A stretch of 64,000 bases of DNA from Octopus vulgaris (GCA_951406725.2 OX597815.1:201190001-201254000); one strand, 5' to 3'. Counted from the first letter of the stretch, positions 13,514-27,162 are shown. The notes: generated from the letters alone by a model not told the origin. Translations and numbers: made by a program.

Positions 13514-14309
13514 ATATATGCATAAATATATATATACATATAGATAGATAGGTAGGTAGATAGATAGATAGATGATAGATAGATAGATATAGATATAGAT
13601 AGATAGATACATACATACCTGCATACAATCATATATACATACATGCATTCATACACACACATATGTATTCATGTACGCACATATGCATGTATGTTTGTAT
13701 GAATGCATTTATCAGTTCTTCCTGAAGGAGTTTGTGTATTTAAATCGATAACATTTATATACATATAGCAAACAGCTATGTATTTATATTTCATAGGTGA
13801 AAAACAAAACGCAAAAACAAAACTTACGTAAAATGATGTTAAAATTTAAGTTTACTCTATGACCAAAAGTAGCATAAAAACTTCAATAAATAGGAATAAA
13901 ATATTGTTCTCTTCATCGAAATAGAAGAAAGCGCCCAACATATAAAAGCTTCATAGAGTTAGATGACAACACAACTACAGTAGGCAAATTTTTAGCTTAG
14001 TTTTACATCTCATTTAACATTCTATGTAATGTAATGTATGTGACTATCTTTACACGCATGCACAAGTATGTGTGTTTGTGTGCATATGCGAGCAGATGCT
14101 GAAAATCTCCTGTTTTTATCGTGAAAGAGTTTTTACAGGGCATAGAAAAACTGAAGGATCACTGCAATAAGTGTGGGATTCTGTGAGGGAAATATATTGA
14201 ATTAAATCATAATTAACTGATCCGCCTGTATTTTCTCTTACACAAATTCAATAACTTTTCAGCATACACTGGTTTAAATAGGTGTGTGTATATATATATA
14301 TATATATAA

Positions 14310-14780
14310 ATACACATTAAGAAAGGACATCTCCAACGAGTGAAAAATACCTAACAACACAACGAGAGATAAGTATGAGACAAAATATCAGATGAAGTCT
14401 AACCCCTCCTCAGTTGTCGACTGCAATAGTACTCCCTGTTTCGTGCTTTTAACAACATTACAGAAAAACTTCATAAGACAGCAGCATCCAGCAATTTTTT
14501 AAATATAAAATTTGTGGAGGGTTAGAGCTTCGAATGAACAAACGACAGGAGAGTGGACATACGGAAGTAAACATTGAACGAAGACAAGCATTACATTCCG
14601 TTAGGCCAAGAGGGATTGTAATGGGAAACGCCTGGGAGAAATGTTGAAATGGTATAGGATAGATAGTAGAGCAGAAAAAGTCTAGTGGCGAAAGAGTTGA
14701 TGTCCAGCTGGCTGGCCGTCGAACCCAGAAAAGACACAGAGAGGAACAAACAGAGGGAGTGAGAAGAGAGAATAAGATAC
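14310..14780 (-). repeat. TA-flanked dispersed repeat, probable PLE terminus (family also at 24660 and 38234)
   Basis: Shared cccYtcMtcagYtgtc...tttgYRgaggg motif. Also shares ccgttaggcca with the 38234 copy. Confidence 0.55.
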
Positions 14781-15377
14781 ATATATATACATTCTTTTCA
14801 ATTCCACATTTCTGCTAAAACGGACAGGTTAGTGACAACCACACCAGTACAATAATGTAAATCTTTTTGAACTCATAATATTCTGTATGTGTATACTGAA
14901 CATTTTTTAATAATACCTCCTGGAAATTACCCTGAGCTTGTTAAACTTTTTTATATTCTCAACATACTGTTGTCACCAAAGACTGTATATTTATATGGAT
15001 TATAGTACTCTGTGTCAACCAAATTTCTGTGCATGTTTGAATATACAGATACAGTACCAATATCAATTCCTTCTGGAAACTATCTTAAGTATGCCCTTGA
15101 GAACGATTATTTATGTAATCTTTTTTGCCCAATATTTTAAGGAACTTGTTGAACTTTTTTATGTCCTTAACATGTCCCTGTTACCAAAGACTATATATAT
15201 ATATGTAATGTAGCAATTTGCAACAGCCAATAATTAACGCAACCAAACTTCCTCATGTTACATTTGACAATCTTTTTCCAAAGAGTGAAACCGGTAAAGT
15301 AAATAAACATCTTTTAAATTGCATTTTCATACCTTCTTTCGTATATAATTCCACTCGTGCGGTACCCCACAACTCCA

Positions 15378-15680
<303 letters not shown>

Positions 15681-18615
15681 TGTGTGTATGATGGTGTGTG
15701 TGGTGGTGGGGGTAAAGCTTTCAGATTTCAAAGTCATGCAAACCATTTAATTAGTGTGGGATTTTATTTTGTAATGGAGTTAATGAATGGGGTACGCTGA
15801 AACTTTTACAGGTGCACAGACGCTTCTTGGAGCAGTTAAGTTTTACTGAAGCTTGAATCGTTGCATTTCGTTGATGTTTTGGAGCTGGAAGCTGCAGAGT
15901 CGCCTGTATATTATCAGAAATTGATTACGAGCTTCAACTTTTATTTGAGTGTGGATTATTTCCCTCTTAAAGAAAGCAAACAATTGCAGAAAGTGTGTTG
16001 CTTTACATGAAATTAAATGGAGAGCTCATTAGAGATGATGTAGTTGATTCAGAAATAATGTGAAATACAACATTGCTTGTGATACATTCCTCCGGTTTGA
16101 CACAACATGCTAAGTAACATATGACATATGGTACATGTTTATTTATACATTCAACGACGATGGATTATTGTAAAAACTGTAGGTCAATGCTAAGGACTTT
16201 AACTTAGAAAAGTTCAAAGCAAGAGCAATACTTCAGTTCTCGACAGATACATAAAGATTGCTATTCATTTAGAGCAGTGTCTTATGTTTTCATATCCAGG
16301 TAAAGTTTCCTCTAGTGAAAAATGATACTTTGTTTAGGCAAAAAGGAACTTCGGAATAACAGAACAGTTGGTGAAATGGTTACTTGCGTTGTTTATTGTT
16401 TTCTTTTTCTTTTTCCTGATATTTGGCATGTATTTGGTTCTGTAATACAGCGACAGTTTTGATGAAACTTAAATTAGAGTAGGTGGTATGAGCCTCAATC
16501 CATATCTGCAAACACAAGTAGAAAATCACATCAGAGCTGAATAGCAGCAGAAAAAAACATGGCTGGCTTTATCCCTTAAATAAAAAAAAAGTTCTAAGTT
16601 TATGTCATGCTCTAAAGAGACTTTCATATGAATTTTGATTATGCGCAATACAGGTCCACAACTTATATGCAACTGAATTTTTTCTTGATGTCACAATGTA
16701 CATAGAAAGTATTACTGCATTTCAGCTACCCGTGAACTTTGGCCAGTGCTGGTATTCATTCTTCATGAGGGATGTGCTTACATAACACAGTGCAGTGATC
16801 AATACATGTAAGTTGTTTCGTAATTAAAACTCTTACCACACAAACATATATTATATCTACGTACATTACACACACTTAACTGCATAAAATAATGATATAA
16901 TTAAACGTCATTTCAACATATATATGATTTTAAATTTTATATATTCATACACGAACACACTGAATCATACTTACTTTTATTCGTGCGCGCGTGTGTATGT
17001 ATGTTGTTGTATATTAAAGCGCATGTACGTATGTACACATAGACGGACACACAGACACACATTTATATATATATATAAAAGGTATGTGCATGCGCATGTT
17101 TATGACAACTGGTAATTTATTGGAAACTTACTTTGATTTTACTTGGTTTATTTAGACAGCTCTAGATTTTATTCTCATAATAAACGTCAAAAGGTGCTAA
17201 TAACTAGCTTTGCCTGTCTTCAGTACATACTTGGTCGTAAATAATGAAATTCCATGGAAGCTAAATATACTTTTAGACTTTTATTTCGTTCTTATATCAA
17301 TGTTACATGTGATCACTTGAACAAATATAGCAGAAAGAGAACCGCTTTGCATAGTGTTATGATTCATTGTCGAAATAGAATTATGAGTTTTAATATATAA
17401 CATAGTCAGACAGGTAAATATAGTTCAAACATTAGAATTTATCTCGTAGACATATTAATATTAAGCACATTGTCCCACCAACATATTCAGTATTTCACCC
17501 AATTACGTATAAACGCTACGAAATTCATATAGACTCTTACTATACAATCGGAAGTTATTTATTCTTACTAACTTCCAAATTTGTATTTATAGGGGAAATA
17601 TTGATTATGGTGCCTGATTAGAGTCTAGCTATTTAGAGGTAGTAAAGTTATTTAAGTAAAATATTGTAGTTATCATTCACCTACAAACATTCGTAAAATA
17701 AGCCATTAGTCGAGTCCGAGATAACTAGTGTCAAATCAAATAGCTCTGGAAATTGTTCTGTATATTATAGCTGATGCGCTACCAAATATATTGAGCCATG
17801 CAAGTATCAAAATGCATCGTTTTTCCCCGAAAGGAAACGTTACTAAATTTTGCAGTATTATAACTGATTTAACGCTTTGATATCTTGTGGAATGAATGTG
17901 ATATCGGTAAATGTATATATATTATGAAGCTTCAAATTGTTCATGCGAATATTTTTGGAATTGTAAGCCCAAAATGTTAAAAAATTATGACTCACATTAA
18001 ATTATATTTTATTAATGGGAATAATTGCTATTATAAAAGTAAATAAATACAAGCTTACTTATTCTTATTGCATAAAATCCTGGAGGTTTTGCATTAGTTG
18101 TCAGTTGGTGTTTTAAGTAATTCTGAGCTGATGTTTGGTAGCAGATAAACATTGTAGTTAAAGGAAATAAATATCACTCACCGGAGATATATCGGTGGGA
18201 TTTGCCTAGTAAGACAGAGATTACTAACCTTAACAAGTCAAATTTTTAACATATAGGAGACATGTAGCCTGGCGTTTTCAAGTAGTGCAAGTTCTTTAAG
18301 CTAAGCTAATGCTTGACATAAATTTATGCAGTTCTTGGTGCATTTTATCACTTTTCCTAATACGATTCACATACTAGAAAGATTCCACTTACGATTCCAG
18401 AAATAGTACTTAAATACCATATGCTTCAAATACACAAAACTAAATGGAACCTTGTTATAATATCCAAAACATCGTCTATTGTGTCTAGCGCAATGGCACT
18501 TTCTACACATTTCACAAGGCATTCAGCGAGTGTTTTGTTTGTATTACGGGAAATAAATATGTTTACATAATATCGAGGTCTCTTTCTTTCTTTTGTTGTC
18601 TTACCATTTTTATCA

Positions 18616-18700
<85 letters not shown>

Positions 18701-18909
18701 TTGCAATATTTTTCATGTGAAATCGTGTGTTGAAACAGATATTGCTGTATTTAGGAATGGTCATTTTGCCAGTTTAGCCAAGAGACTGTGGCCGAAATAA
18801 GATTAAGATTAATGTAAAAAATAAATAACGCTGAAGCAAAGTAACACCAAATATATAGTGCGTGTGTTTTATTGGCTAAACTGGCAAAATGACCATTCCT
18901 AAATACAAA

Positions 18910-18984
<75 letters not shown>

Positions 18985-18989
18985 TTATA

Positions 18990-19195
18990 TATACAGGAAG
19001 AATTCACAAAAAAAAACAAAAGATCAAGAGAGATGGTGTAGAAAACAAACAGATGTATTAGTATAACGCTCGGGAATTTAAACAGTCTTTAACGTATCGA
19101 ACCTACGCTCTTCCACAGAAAGGACCACAGAAAGAAACAAGTAGAGAAACAAGGAGAGAAAAATGTGTGTAGTGGCTACCGATCTATCATGGCGA
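18990..19195 (-). mobile_element. Solo PLE pLTR with degenerate hammerhead (19087-19122)
   Basis: Matches 25980-26130. Minus strand cttt-CTGTGGA-a-gagc gtag gttc-GATA-cg-TT-aaag. Confidence 0.7.
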
Positions 19196-19912
19196 CATGC
19201 GTTTGTGTGTGTGTGGGGGGGGGGGGTGCGCCCGCGCGTGTATGTATGGAGGTATATTCTCTGAATACCATTTGCTGGTAACCGGAAAACATTTATTTAG
19301 GTCAAGTGAATAAATGTTTAACTTCAACATTCCATTCATAGTGACGGTTCCCGTTACCGCTTTAATACATTTATTTGCAGTCAAATAGGCTGCTGGATTT
19401 CGAGTAAAAAAGAAACGTCGTTTCATTGTAAATTCAGTAGCAAACGATGTAGCTGAATCAATTCTTGTCTCACTTCAAAGAAAGCAAATCCACCGGCTTG
19501 ATGTGAACGAACATCCAATAAAATTTCAAAACCAGAAACTTGAGAAAGAGATCAATTCAAATTCTAAAGTCAAACATATTTTATCATGACAACAAAGTAT
19601 AAGTATATATCGGATCAATGATGGACTGGCAAAGTCTAATCATAATAATACTGTGCGTGCAGGAACATATCAAAAGAAGGCGAAGCATGACAGCTGATTT
19701 ATTTGAATCTGCGGAAGAAAATTTCACTGTAATTGAAAAGTACTTTACGTTAGTTATATAAAATTTTTTTAAAAATTCTAAAAGTTTTGTACATTAGCGT
19801 TCAAATGTACCATTGATTGTAGTGTGTAACAATGCCCAACGCCAACATATATTGAGTATTTCCACCTCACTTTTAGTACCTATAGAGGTGGTTCATAAAT
19901 TTAACAAAATAA

Positions 19913-20305
19913 TAGGCGCAGGAGTGGCTGTGTGGTAAGTAGCTTGTTTACCAACCACATGGTTCCGGGTTCAGTCCCACTGCGCGGCACCCTGGGCAAG
20001 TGTCTTCTACTATAGCCTCGGGCCGACCAAAGCCTTGTGAGTGGATTTGGTAGACGGAAACTGAAAGAAGCCCGTCGTATATATATGTATATGTATGTGT
20101 GTGTTTTTGTGTTAGTGTTTGTCCCCATAGCATTGCTTGACAACTGATGCTGGTGTGTTTATGTCCCCGTCACTTAGTGGTTCGGCAAAAGAGACCGATA
20201 GAATACGTACTGGGCTTACAAAGAATAAGTCCCGGGGTCGAGTTGTTCGATTAAAGGTGGTGCTCCAGCATGGCCGCAGTCAAATGACTGAAACAAGTAA
20301 AAGAG
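19913..20305 (+). mobile_element. SINE family A, full length (CORE-like cctgggcaagt)
   Basis: High identity to the 5047 and 53302 copies. Confidence 0.9.
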
Positions 20306-20913
20306 AAAGAGAAATGATGATGATAACCAGTGATAGGAATAGGTCGTTTTTTAGTTAGAATAATAAGATAAAGAGGTCAAAGTATTCATCCTTTTCTGGG
20401 ACTTTAAGAATGCAGTTGTTGATGTGATAGATGTTATCTATATAGCGATGTGAAAAGCATAAACTCTTACAAAAGAGCAGTGAATAATTACTAAAAACTA
20501 CACCCGAATGTTTTTTTTCATAGACTATTTTTTTCATCCCACTGAACATAGGCATTGTTTTGGTAATACCGATTACCAAAATTCAGATTATTAATCTTAT
20601 TCGCTACTCACATCCAAAGATCATGTCTATCACAGCTTCGCTCACTTTGTATAAAATCATAGGAGTTCCGACTGAGAAATACCTGACCGCTTCTGAAGTA
20701 TCTGAATGCCTACCGGGCATCTTGTTGCTTGCCGATGCTTTCATAAAGAAAGGTTTCTACGTTCTACATTTCAAATTTGAACCCATATTCTAAATTCCAT
20801 GGGATTTAAACAAGGTGATGATCTTTATAATACCTTATTTTAGTTTACATTTCAGTTATTTCATTACAGATATGCTGTCGTCAAAATCATACAAATACAT
20901 ATCGGTGTGATCC

Positions 20914-21347
20914 GAATCAATATCATCATCATCATTGTTCGACTGTGGTCGAGACAATGGAATTTACCATGCTACGCCAAACTTCACGGTCCAGCATAGC
21001 ATTACTGAGGTCCTGTTGCTGGATGCCTGTATCTCTGGAGATTACATCAGGGTGGGAGTGTGTTTGCCCTCTGGTATTGCGAGTAGATTGTTTCCAGAGG
21101 AGAAGAGTAGAAATTACCTCTTTTTCAGCTCTACAACAATGTCCAGCAAACTGGACTCTCCTACCTTTCACAAGAGATGACACAGGTGGTAGTTTCCCAT
21201 ATATTTGCATTTTGGTTGGATGACGCTTCCACAATAGATTTTGAGCTCTCATAAGGAGGCGAGTGTAGGTTCCATCCAACCGCCTCTCAAGCTTCTTTGC
21301 TTGTATATATGTATATATACATCCAACCGCCTCTCAAGAATCAATAT
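20914..21347 (-). mobile_element. 5'-truncated RTE-like LINE with (GAT)n tail and 10-bp TSD
   Basis: DGTYTRLLMRAQN..RRVQFAGHCCR..AMLDREVWR. TSD gaatcaatat at 20914-20923 and 21338-21347. Confidence 0.85.
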
Positions 21348-22103
21348 ACTTGTGTCTCAGAGTTTATAACACAAACTGATATGGGTGGTCAAGATATGAA
21401 AATATCGGTTTACTAAGACCCGAATTTGCTCACGAAATGAAATGATTTTGAGATATAAGGCTACCACAAGTATTTTGAAGGCAGCTACTCAATCACGAAA
21501 TAATGACAACAGTAATTTTGATATGGTTTTGCCTTTCGAATTGTGGGAACATTATTCGCCCAATCAAAGAAGGAAAATGGCATATTAGAAGTAAGGTCTT
21601 ATTAGAGAGCGAATAGAAGCTGGATATGTTAGAGTATATAATACGTAAGAATACAAACAACATATAACATTATAAATTATTTACGTTATATTACACAATA
21701 ACATAAAAGCAAAAAGCAGCAGTGAGTATAAAAGGAGAGCGAATATTTCATTACTGAAGGAAAAGTGAATTGCCTTCCATATTCAAAAAATGTGGATCAG
21801 CAAATATGGCATTACTAGGTTTGCGATAACATGCAGAGCATTTAGTGATGCGGTTGATGTAATTTTCTTCAGTTGTACATGCGAAACAGATGGTAGAGAA
21901 ATTGCTTACCATTTAATGCACTGATTAATACTAATAGCAAACTGTAATTTAACATTAAAATTACATTATATATTCGCATAACCCTAATATATTGACATAG
22001 TCACACGAGGTTAAATTAGAATTTCCTAAAGATAACAATTGAATTCCAAGCAAATGCACACATGCTCCTGCATACATGCATTCATACATACGTACATACA
22101 TGC

Positions 22104-22155
<52 letters not shown>

Positions 22156-22187
22156 GGGGGAGAGAGAGGGGACAGAGATAGATAGAA

Positions 22188-22226
<39 letters not shown>

Positions 22227-22639
22227 TATGTACTTACATATATAGATACATACTTCACGGTGTGTGTGTTTGTGCTTACCAATATTTTGATGCGAAATCG
22301 AGTGCTAAACAAATATTTGCGGGTCACACTGCTAATCAAAAAACACACATTGATAGTATTTCATTTAAGTTTCATTATTAATGACTTAGATAATTAGTTA
22401 ATTAAAGATTAAATTAATTTATTAATTGACTAATTGATTTGTCAAAGTCATTTGATAATCAAGTAATTAATAAACTTTCTAATTAATTAAGTTATTATCG
22501 TTTTAATTCATAATATATTCTAAACAGAATATAACCAGTGAGTGTTTTTTTCTTGACAGCGGAATCCTTTTACTTTCTGAATTTGTGTGTATAACTGTAT
22601 ATATATATATATATACACACATATATATATACATGTAAT

Positions 22640-22679
<40 letters not shown>

Positions 22680-22686
22680 AACATAT

Positions 22687-22737
<51 letters not shown>

Positions 22738-23369
22738 AATATACATGCGTACACAGGCACTCACTACATATGCGATTATTTCAATTAGTTAGCTAAGTGA
22801 TGCTTTTTCAATTTTTTTAACTTGCGACACATTTCTTCTTTTCAAAACAGTAAGTTCAATTGACACAATGCAATGTCTGTTGTGCTTCAAATATTTTTAT
22901 TATGTATGTTTTTAGTACGCGAAATTAATAAGGAGACGTTTTCACAATGGAATTAGCTTGTTACTTATATTATTTCTTCACTGAATATATGTATACTATT
23001 TCTTGAAATTAATTTTTTTTAATTCTACAGAGAAAAGATCGATTTAAAATATATTTTTGCATATAGGTTAGCTGAATTGGCGAAATTAATAATGCTGTTT
23101 CCATAATGTGATTGACAGCATAATATTGATTTTCAGCAATATGTGAAGATAATCCATTTACGTTCAAATTCAAAGAAGCAAAACAATCAACGAAGATGAA
23201 GCATTCGATGAAGAAAGCCCTGGTCCACATATCTCCAGTGACGTAGAAATGTTATGGACAAATTTTCGACAGGAAAATGAAAATTGGCAAATATTCCATC
23301 GTACCTGTTAAAGGCACAACTATATAACAAGAAAGACCACTGATGCTGATGTAAGAAAAAAATCTTGAA

Positions 23370-23420
<51 letters not shown>

Positions 23421-24446
23421 AGTATATATTGTCTGGGAGACTTTTCTTATAGTAGAGGAAATAGCTAAAATTTTTTGGCTGCTATTTCTAAAAGTTCTGT
23501 GTGTGGTAAAGTAAATTATTTTATTGAACCCTAATTATATAATGTAATATATCTATATATATATAGTGGAGGTGGATGTTTGGGTTTGTATGTGTCTTAC
23601 GTACGTGTATGTACATATATTTATACCTGCATGTGTATGTGAACCTATATGCATACAAGCAGTTCTTTTCCCCACACTCTCTCTCTATCTCTCTTTCTCT
23701 CTTTCTCACACACACACATATTTCAACACTAAATACAGGTAAAAGATATCGTGGATATAAATATTAAACAACATGGTTTTAATGGGTATAATTTATTACA
23801 TCATGAAACAACGTTTCTTCCGAAATATGATATGTATATTAAAGCAGACTCTATGCTGGCTTTGCAGTAGTTGTCGCAGTAGATTTACATGCGGTTTTAA
23901 TAAGGATTATCTTCCTTCAGAGATTATAAATAATCCTCAACGCTGTCAAGCATAATAATTCTAATGTTTGTAAATATAACCGAAAATAAAAAAAAAAAAC
24001 ATTTTATATACACGCGCACACACAAATGCACGTAAATATGGGCGCATAAAAACAAACGCACAGAGGCATAAAAATGCATCGATGCCGTCAAAGCATTGTC
24101 TTTCAATCGGCCAGCAATGATGCTGCTATCGTCGTGTGGTGCGCAGACTTCTACGAGACTGAGGCGATACGCATTCTGCAAGACACCGCCTTCTATTGCC
24201 CGCTTCCATGACACTCAGCGACATATTCTCAACAAATCGTTTTTTCTAGAATTTCTACCGTCTTCCCCACCTCATCTACAACTTCATTCTCCGTATCCCA
24301 TGTGGTTACATTTTGAATGTGTATATATATATATATATATAATAATAACAATATAATAAATAAATAAAATATATGAATATATACATATATGTACATACTT
24401 ACATCTACATGTATATATACAAGCATATATATATATATATATATAT

Positions 24447-24645
24447 ATTTATTATATAGAAGGAGCTTCTACAGGACTAGAACTGTTTCATTCAAGAGAA
24501 ATCTTCAGGGGCTTCCTGAAGATTTCTCTTGAATGAAACAGTTCTAGTCCTGTAAACTCCTTCTATATAATAAATTAATTTTACTCTGCTATGTATTGAG
24601 TACCTTATTTACTGTGGTTAACCCCGAATCAACCCGGGACCTACA
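24447..24645 (+). mobile_element. PLE pLTR remnant forming a near-perfect ~130-bp palindrome
   Basis: Arms 24447-24509 / 24515-24575 with a 5-nt spacer, flanked by (TA)n. Confidence 0.75.
24508..24560 (+). ncRNA. Type I hammerhead ribozyme within an inverted pLTR duplication
   Basis: ggggcttc-CTGAAGA-tttc tctt gaat-GAAA-cag ttctagtc ctg-TA-aactcc. The inverted copy preserves the intact stem I 3' strand gaagctcc. Loop III contains the palindrome CTAG. Confidence 0.7.
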
Positions 24646-24659
24646 TATATATATATATA

Positions 24660-24911
24660 TGAGTACAAGACACCACAAATAAACGTAGAACACGAGAAAC
24701 GAAAACAAAATCAAACAAGGAAACGGACTTTTTTTAATAACGAAAAAACTGAGTACAGGACAAACAATACAAGGAAATTTCCCCTTCATCAGCTGTCCCT
24801 GGTTCGGCTCAATGCGTGTTTCGCAGGTAAGGACAGAACACGGCCAGGCCGAAACAGTCCTTCCTGCAAAAGGAATTAAATAAAATTATTTTGCAGAGGG
24901 GTAAAGCGAGT

Positions 24912-24915
<4 letters not shown>
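24660..24915 (-). repeat. Second copy of the TA-flanked dispersed repeat
   Basis: ccccttcatcagctgtc...tttgcagagggg, with (TA)n on both sides. Confidence 0.55.
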
Positions 24916-24954
<39 letters not shown>

Positions 24955-24955
<1 letters not shown>

Positions 24956-26127
24956 CTTCCCTAACTGACCCCGCCCTTTCCAAACGAGCCCTCAACCTAC
25001 GAGACGTCTTGGTCAACAGTTTCTTCCCTAACCCAACTTCCCAAACAGATTCGTTCCCCTGCTCCCGCCCACGCTGCCGCGCTGGTCATTACCTCTCCAA
25101 CACTACCATCCTCACCGACATCCATCATTAACCTTATCATATTACTGACTCCTTCACCTGCACTTCTACCAACGTCATCTACTGCATCACCTGCTCTCTC
25201 TGCCCTTCTATACATCGATCAAACGGGACGCCACTTAGCTGACCGGTTCCCGGAACTCCTCCGAGACATCTGACTCCGCAATGACACCTGGTCTCGTGTC
25301 ATTTCCGCTCTACCGGTCACACTTGCAACACCTCTCTGTGTTCGGATTGTCCTTGCACAGTGCCATCCGGACTCCCGTCTTCACCCTGAACAAGTATTAA
25401 TCTTCTCTCTTCGCTGCTTTGCGTCACATGGGCTCAACTCTCCTCCCCTCTACATCTAACCCACCTCCGCTCTCCTCTCTCCGACTCCTACTTCACTTCA
25501 CTCCTACCCACTTTCTCTCTTCTGTTCCCTCCTAACCACCTACTCTCTTGTGCCTCTACCATCATCATCACCCATCCCTCGTAACCCCACCCTTTACACA
25601 ATCAAAATCTACCTTCCCTATCCACCCCATTACTTAAACCCGCTCCCACATACCCCTCCTTTACCCCACCCTCATCCTTACACACACCCACGCCTACATT
25701 CCCCACTCACATCTTCCACACATTCCAAAACCACAACATCACACCAGCATGCATATACTAGCACTGACCACTTACCAGCATCCACACCATCATCCACACA
25801 ACTACACATGCACACACGAGTACGTCAAGGTCACCAGCACTCTTCCACATGCACATACACGTTCTCATATACACTTGCAAACGCACGTTCGTTTTGGGAT
25901 GACCCCTTACTTCATTATCACCCTTTCTTCCTAGTTCACTTGTATAATCACTCTGTCCGTTATTCGCCCTCATATATCGCTAGCCACTACACATACTTTA
26001 TTTTCTCTCCCTGTTTCCTTTCTGTGGAAGAAACGTTAAAGACTTTTTCACTTCTCGAGCGTTAAACAAATACATATGTGTGTTGCTTATACCATCTGTT
26101 TTCGTCTTTTGCTTTTTTGTGAATCCT

Positions 26128-26130
<3 letters not shown>
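24955..26130 (+). mobile_element. Decayed Neptune-type PLE 3' end: endonuclease, C/A-rich UTR and pLTR, flanked by (TA)n
   Basis: Frameshifted translation KRALNLRDVLVNS..FPCSRPRCR..DSFTCTSTNVIYCITCSLCP..DQTGRHLADRF..HGLNS. The 3' end (25980-26130) matches the repeat at 18990-19195 in the opposite orientation. Confidence 0.88.
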
Positions 26131-26173
<43 letters not shown>

Positions 26174-26184
26174 AAAAAATATAT

Positions 26185-26305
26185 AAAAAGGGACAAGAAC
26201 GCAAAACATTCAAATAGACGACACAAAAAAAAACGGACGAGTCATTCGAAGCCTCTAATCGTCAGTCAAGAACCGGATCATCCTCGCAATTTCGGCTGAT
26301 TAAAA
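26185..26305 (-). repeat. TA-flanked repeat, opposite-orientation copy at 55195-55290
   Basis: gggacaagaacgcaaaacatt...cattcgaagcct..aatc.tcagtcaagaaccggatc is present in both. Confidence 0.7.
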
Positions 26306-26413
26306 ATATATAATAATGATAACAGGAGAAAAACAACAGGTGTCTTTCGACTTTAGACAGTTCAGCTTAGCTTAGCTGGCGTATTTAGAAAATAATACCT
26401 TACGGCAGACGAA

Positions 26414-26560
<147 letters not shown>

Positions 26561-26580
26561 TATTATTATTATATATAATA

Positions 26581-26744
26581 ATAATAATAAATATTAGGGA
26601 ATAAATCCAAATTTACAGGAAAAAAAATCAGATTTAGGATTAAATCCAATTTTATAGTGGCGGTTTTTTGACTTTTTATTAAAATTTTATGTATTGATTA
26701 AGTCTTTCCTTGTTTGTTTTGCAAAATAGTGGTTTTGTCTCTAA

Positions 26745-26752
<8 letters not shown>
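26581..26752 (-). mobile_element. Rearranged (5'-inverted) pLTR fragment of the 34500 family
   Basis: 26581-26658 matches 34501-34576 directly. 26655-26752 matches the reverse complement of 34590-34686. Confidence 0.85.
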
Positions 26753-26789
<37 letters not shown>

Positions 26790-26809
26790 TATATGTGTGT
26801 GTATGTATG

Positions 26810-26849
<40 letters not shown>

Positions 26850-26882
26850 CATATCTACATTTATATGTATATACATAAATAC

Positions 26883-26953
<71 letters not shown>

Positions 26954-27131
26954 TACTACTACTACTATATTTATCCTACACTATACACTTTCTGAGTCCA
27001 GAACACTGGTATTGCTAGTTGGCATCATTAGGTTATAGGCGGCATAATATTATGGGAGTTTTATATGCATAATGAAAACATTTCTCGTAAACGAACTTAA
27101 AGGGTGCACACACACATTGATATATACAGCC

Positions 27132-27162
<31 letters not shown>

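Noticed and set aside
25550-26065. 171-aa Pro/His/Thr-rich ORF
   Set aside because: C/A-skewed 3' UTR of the decayed PLE.
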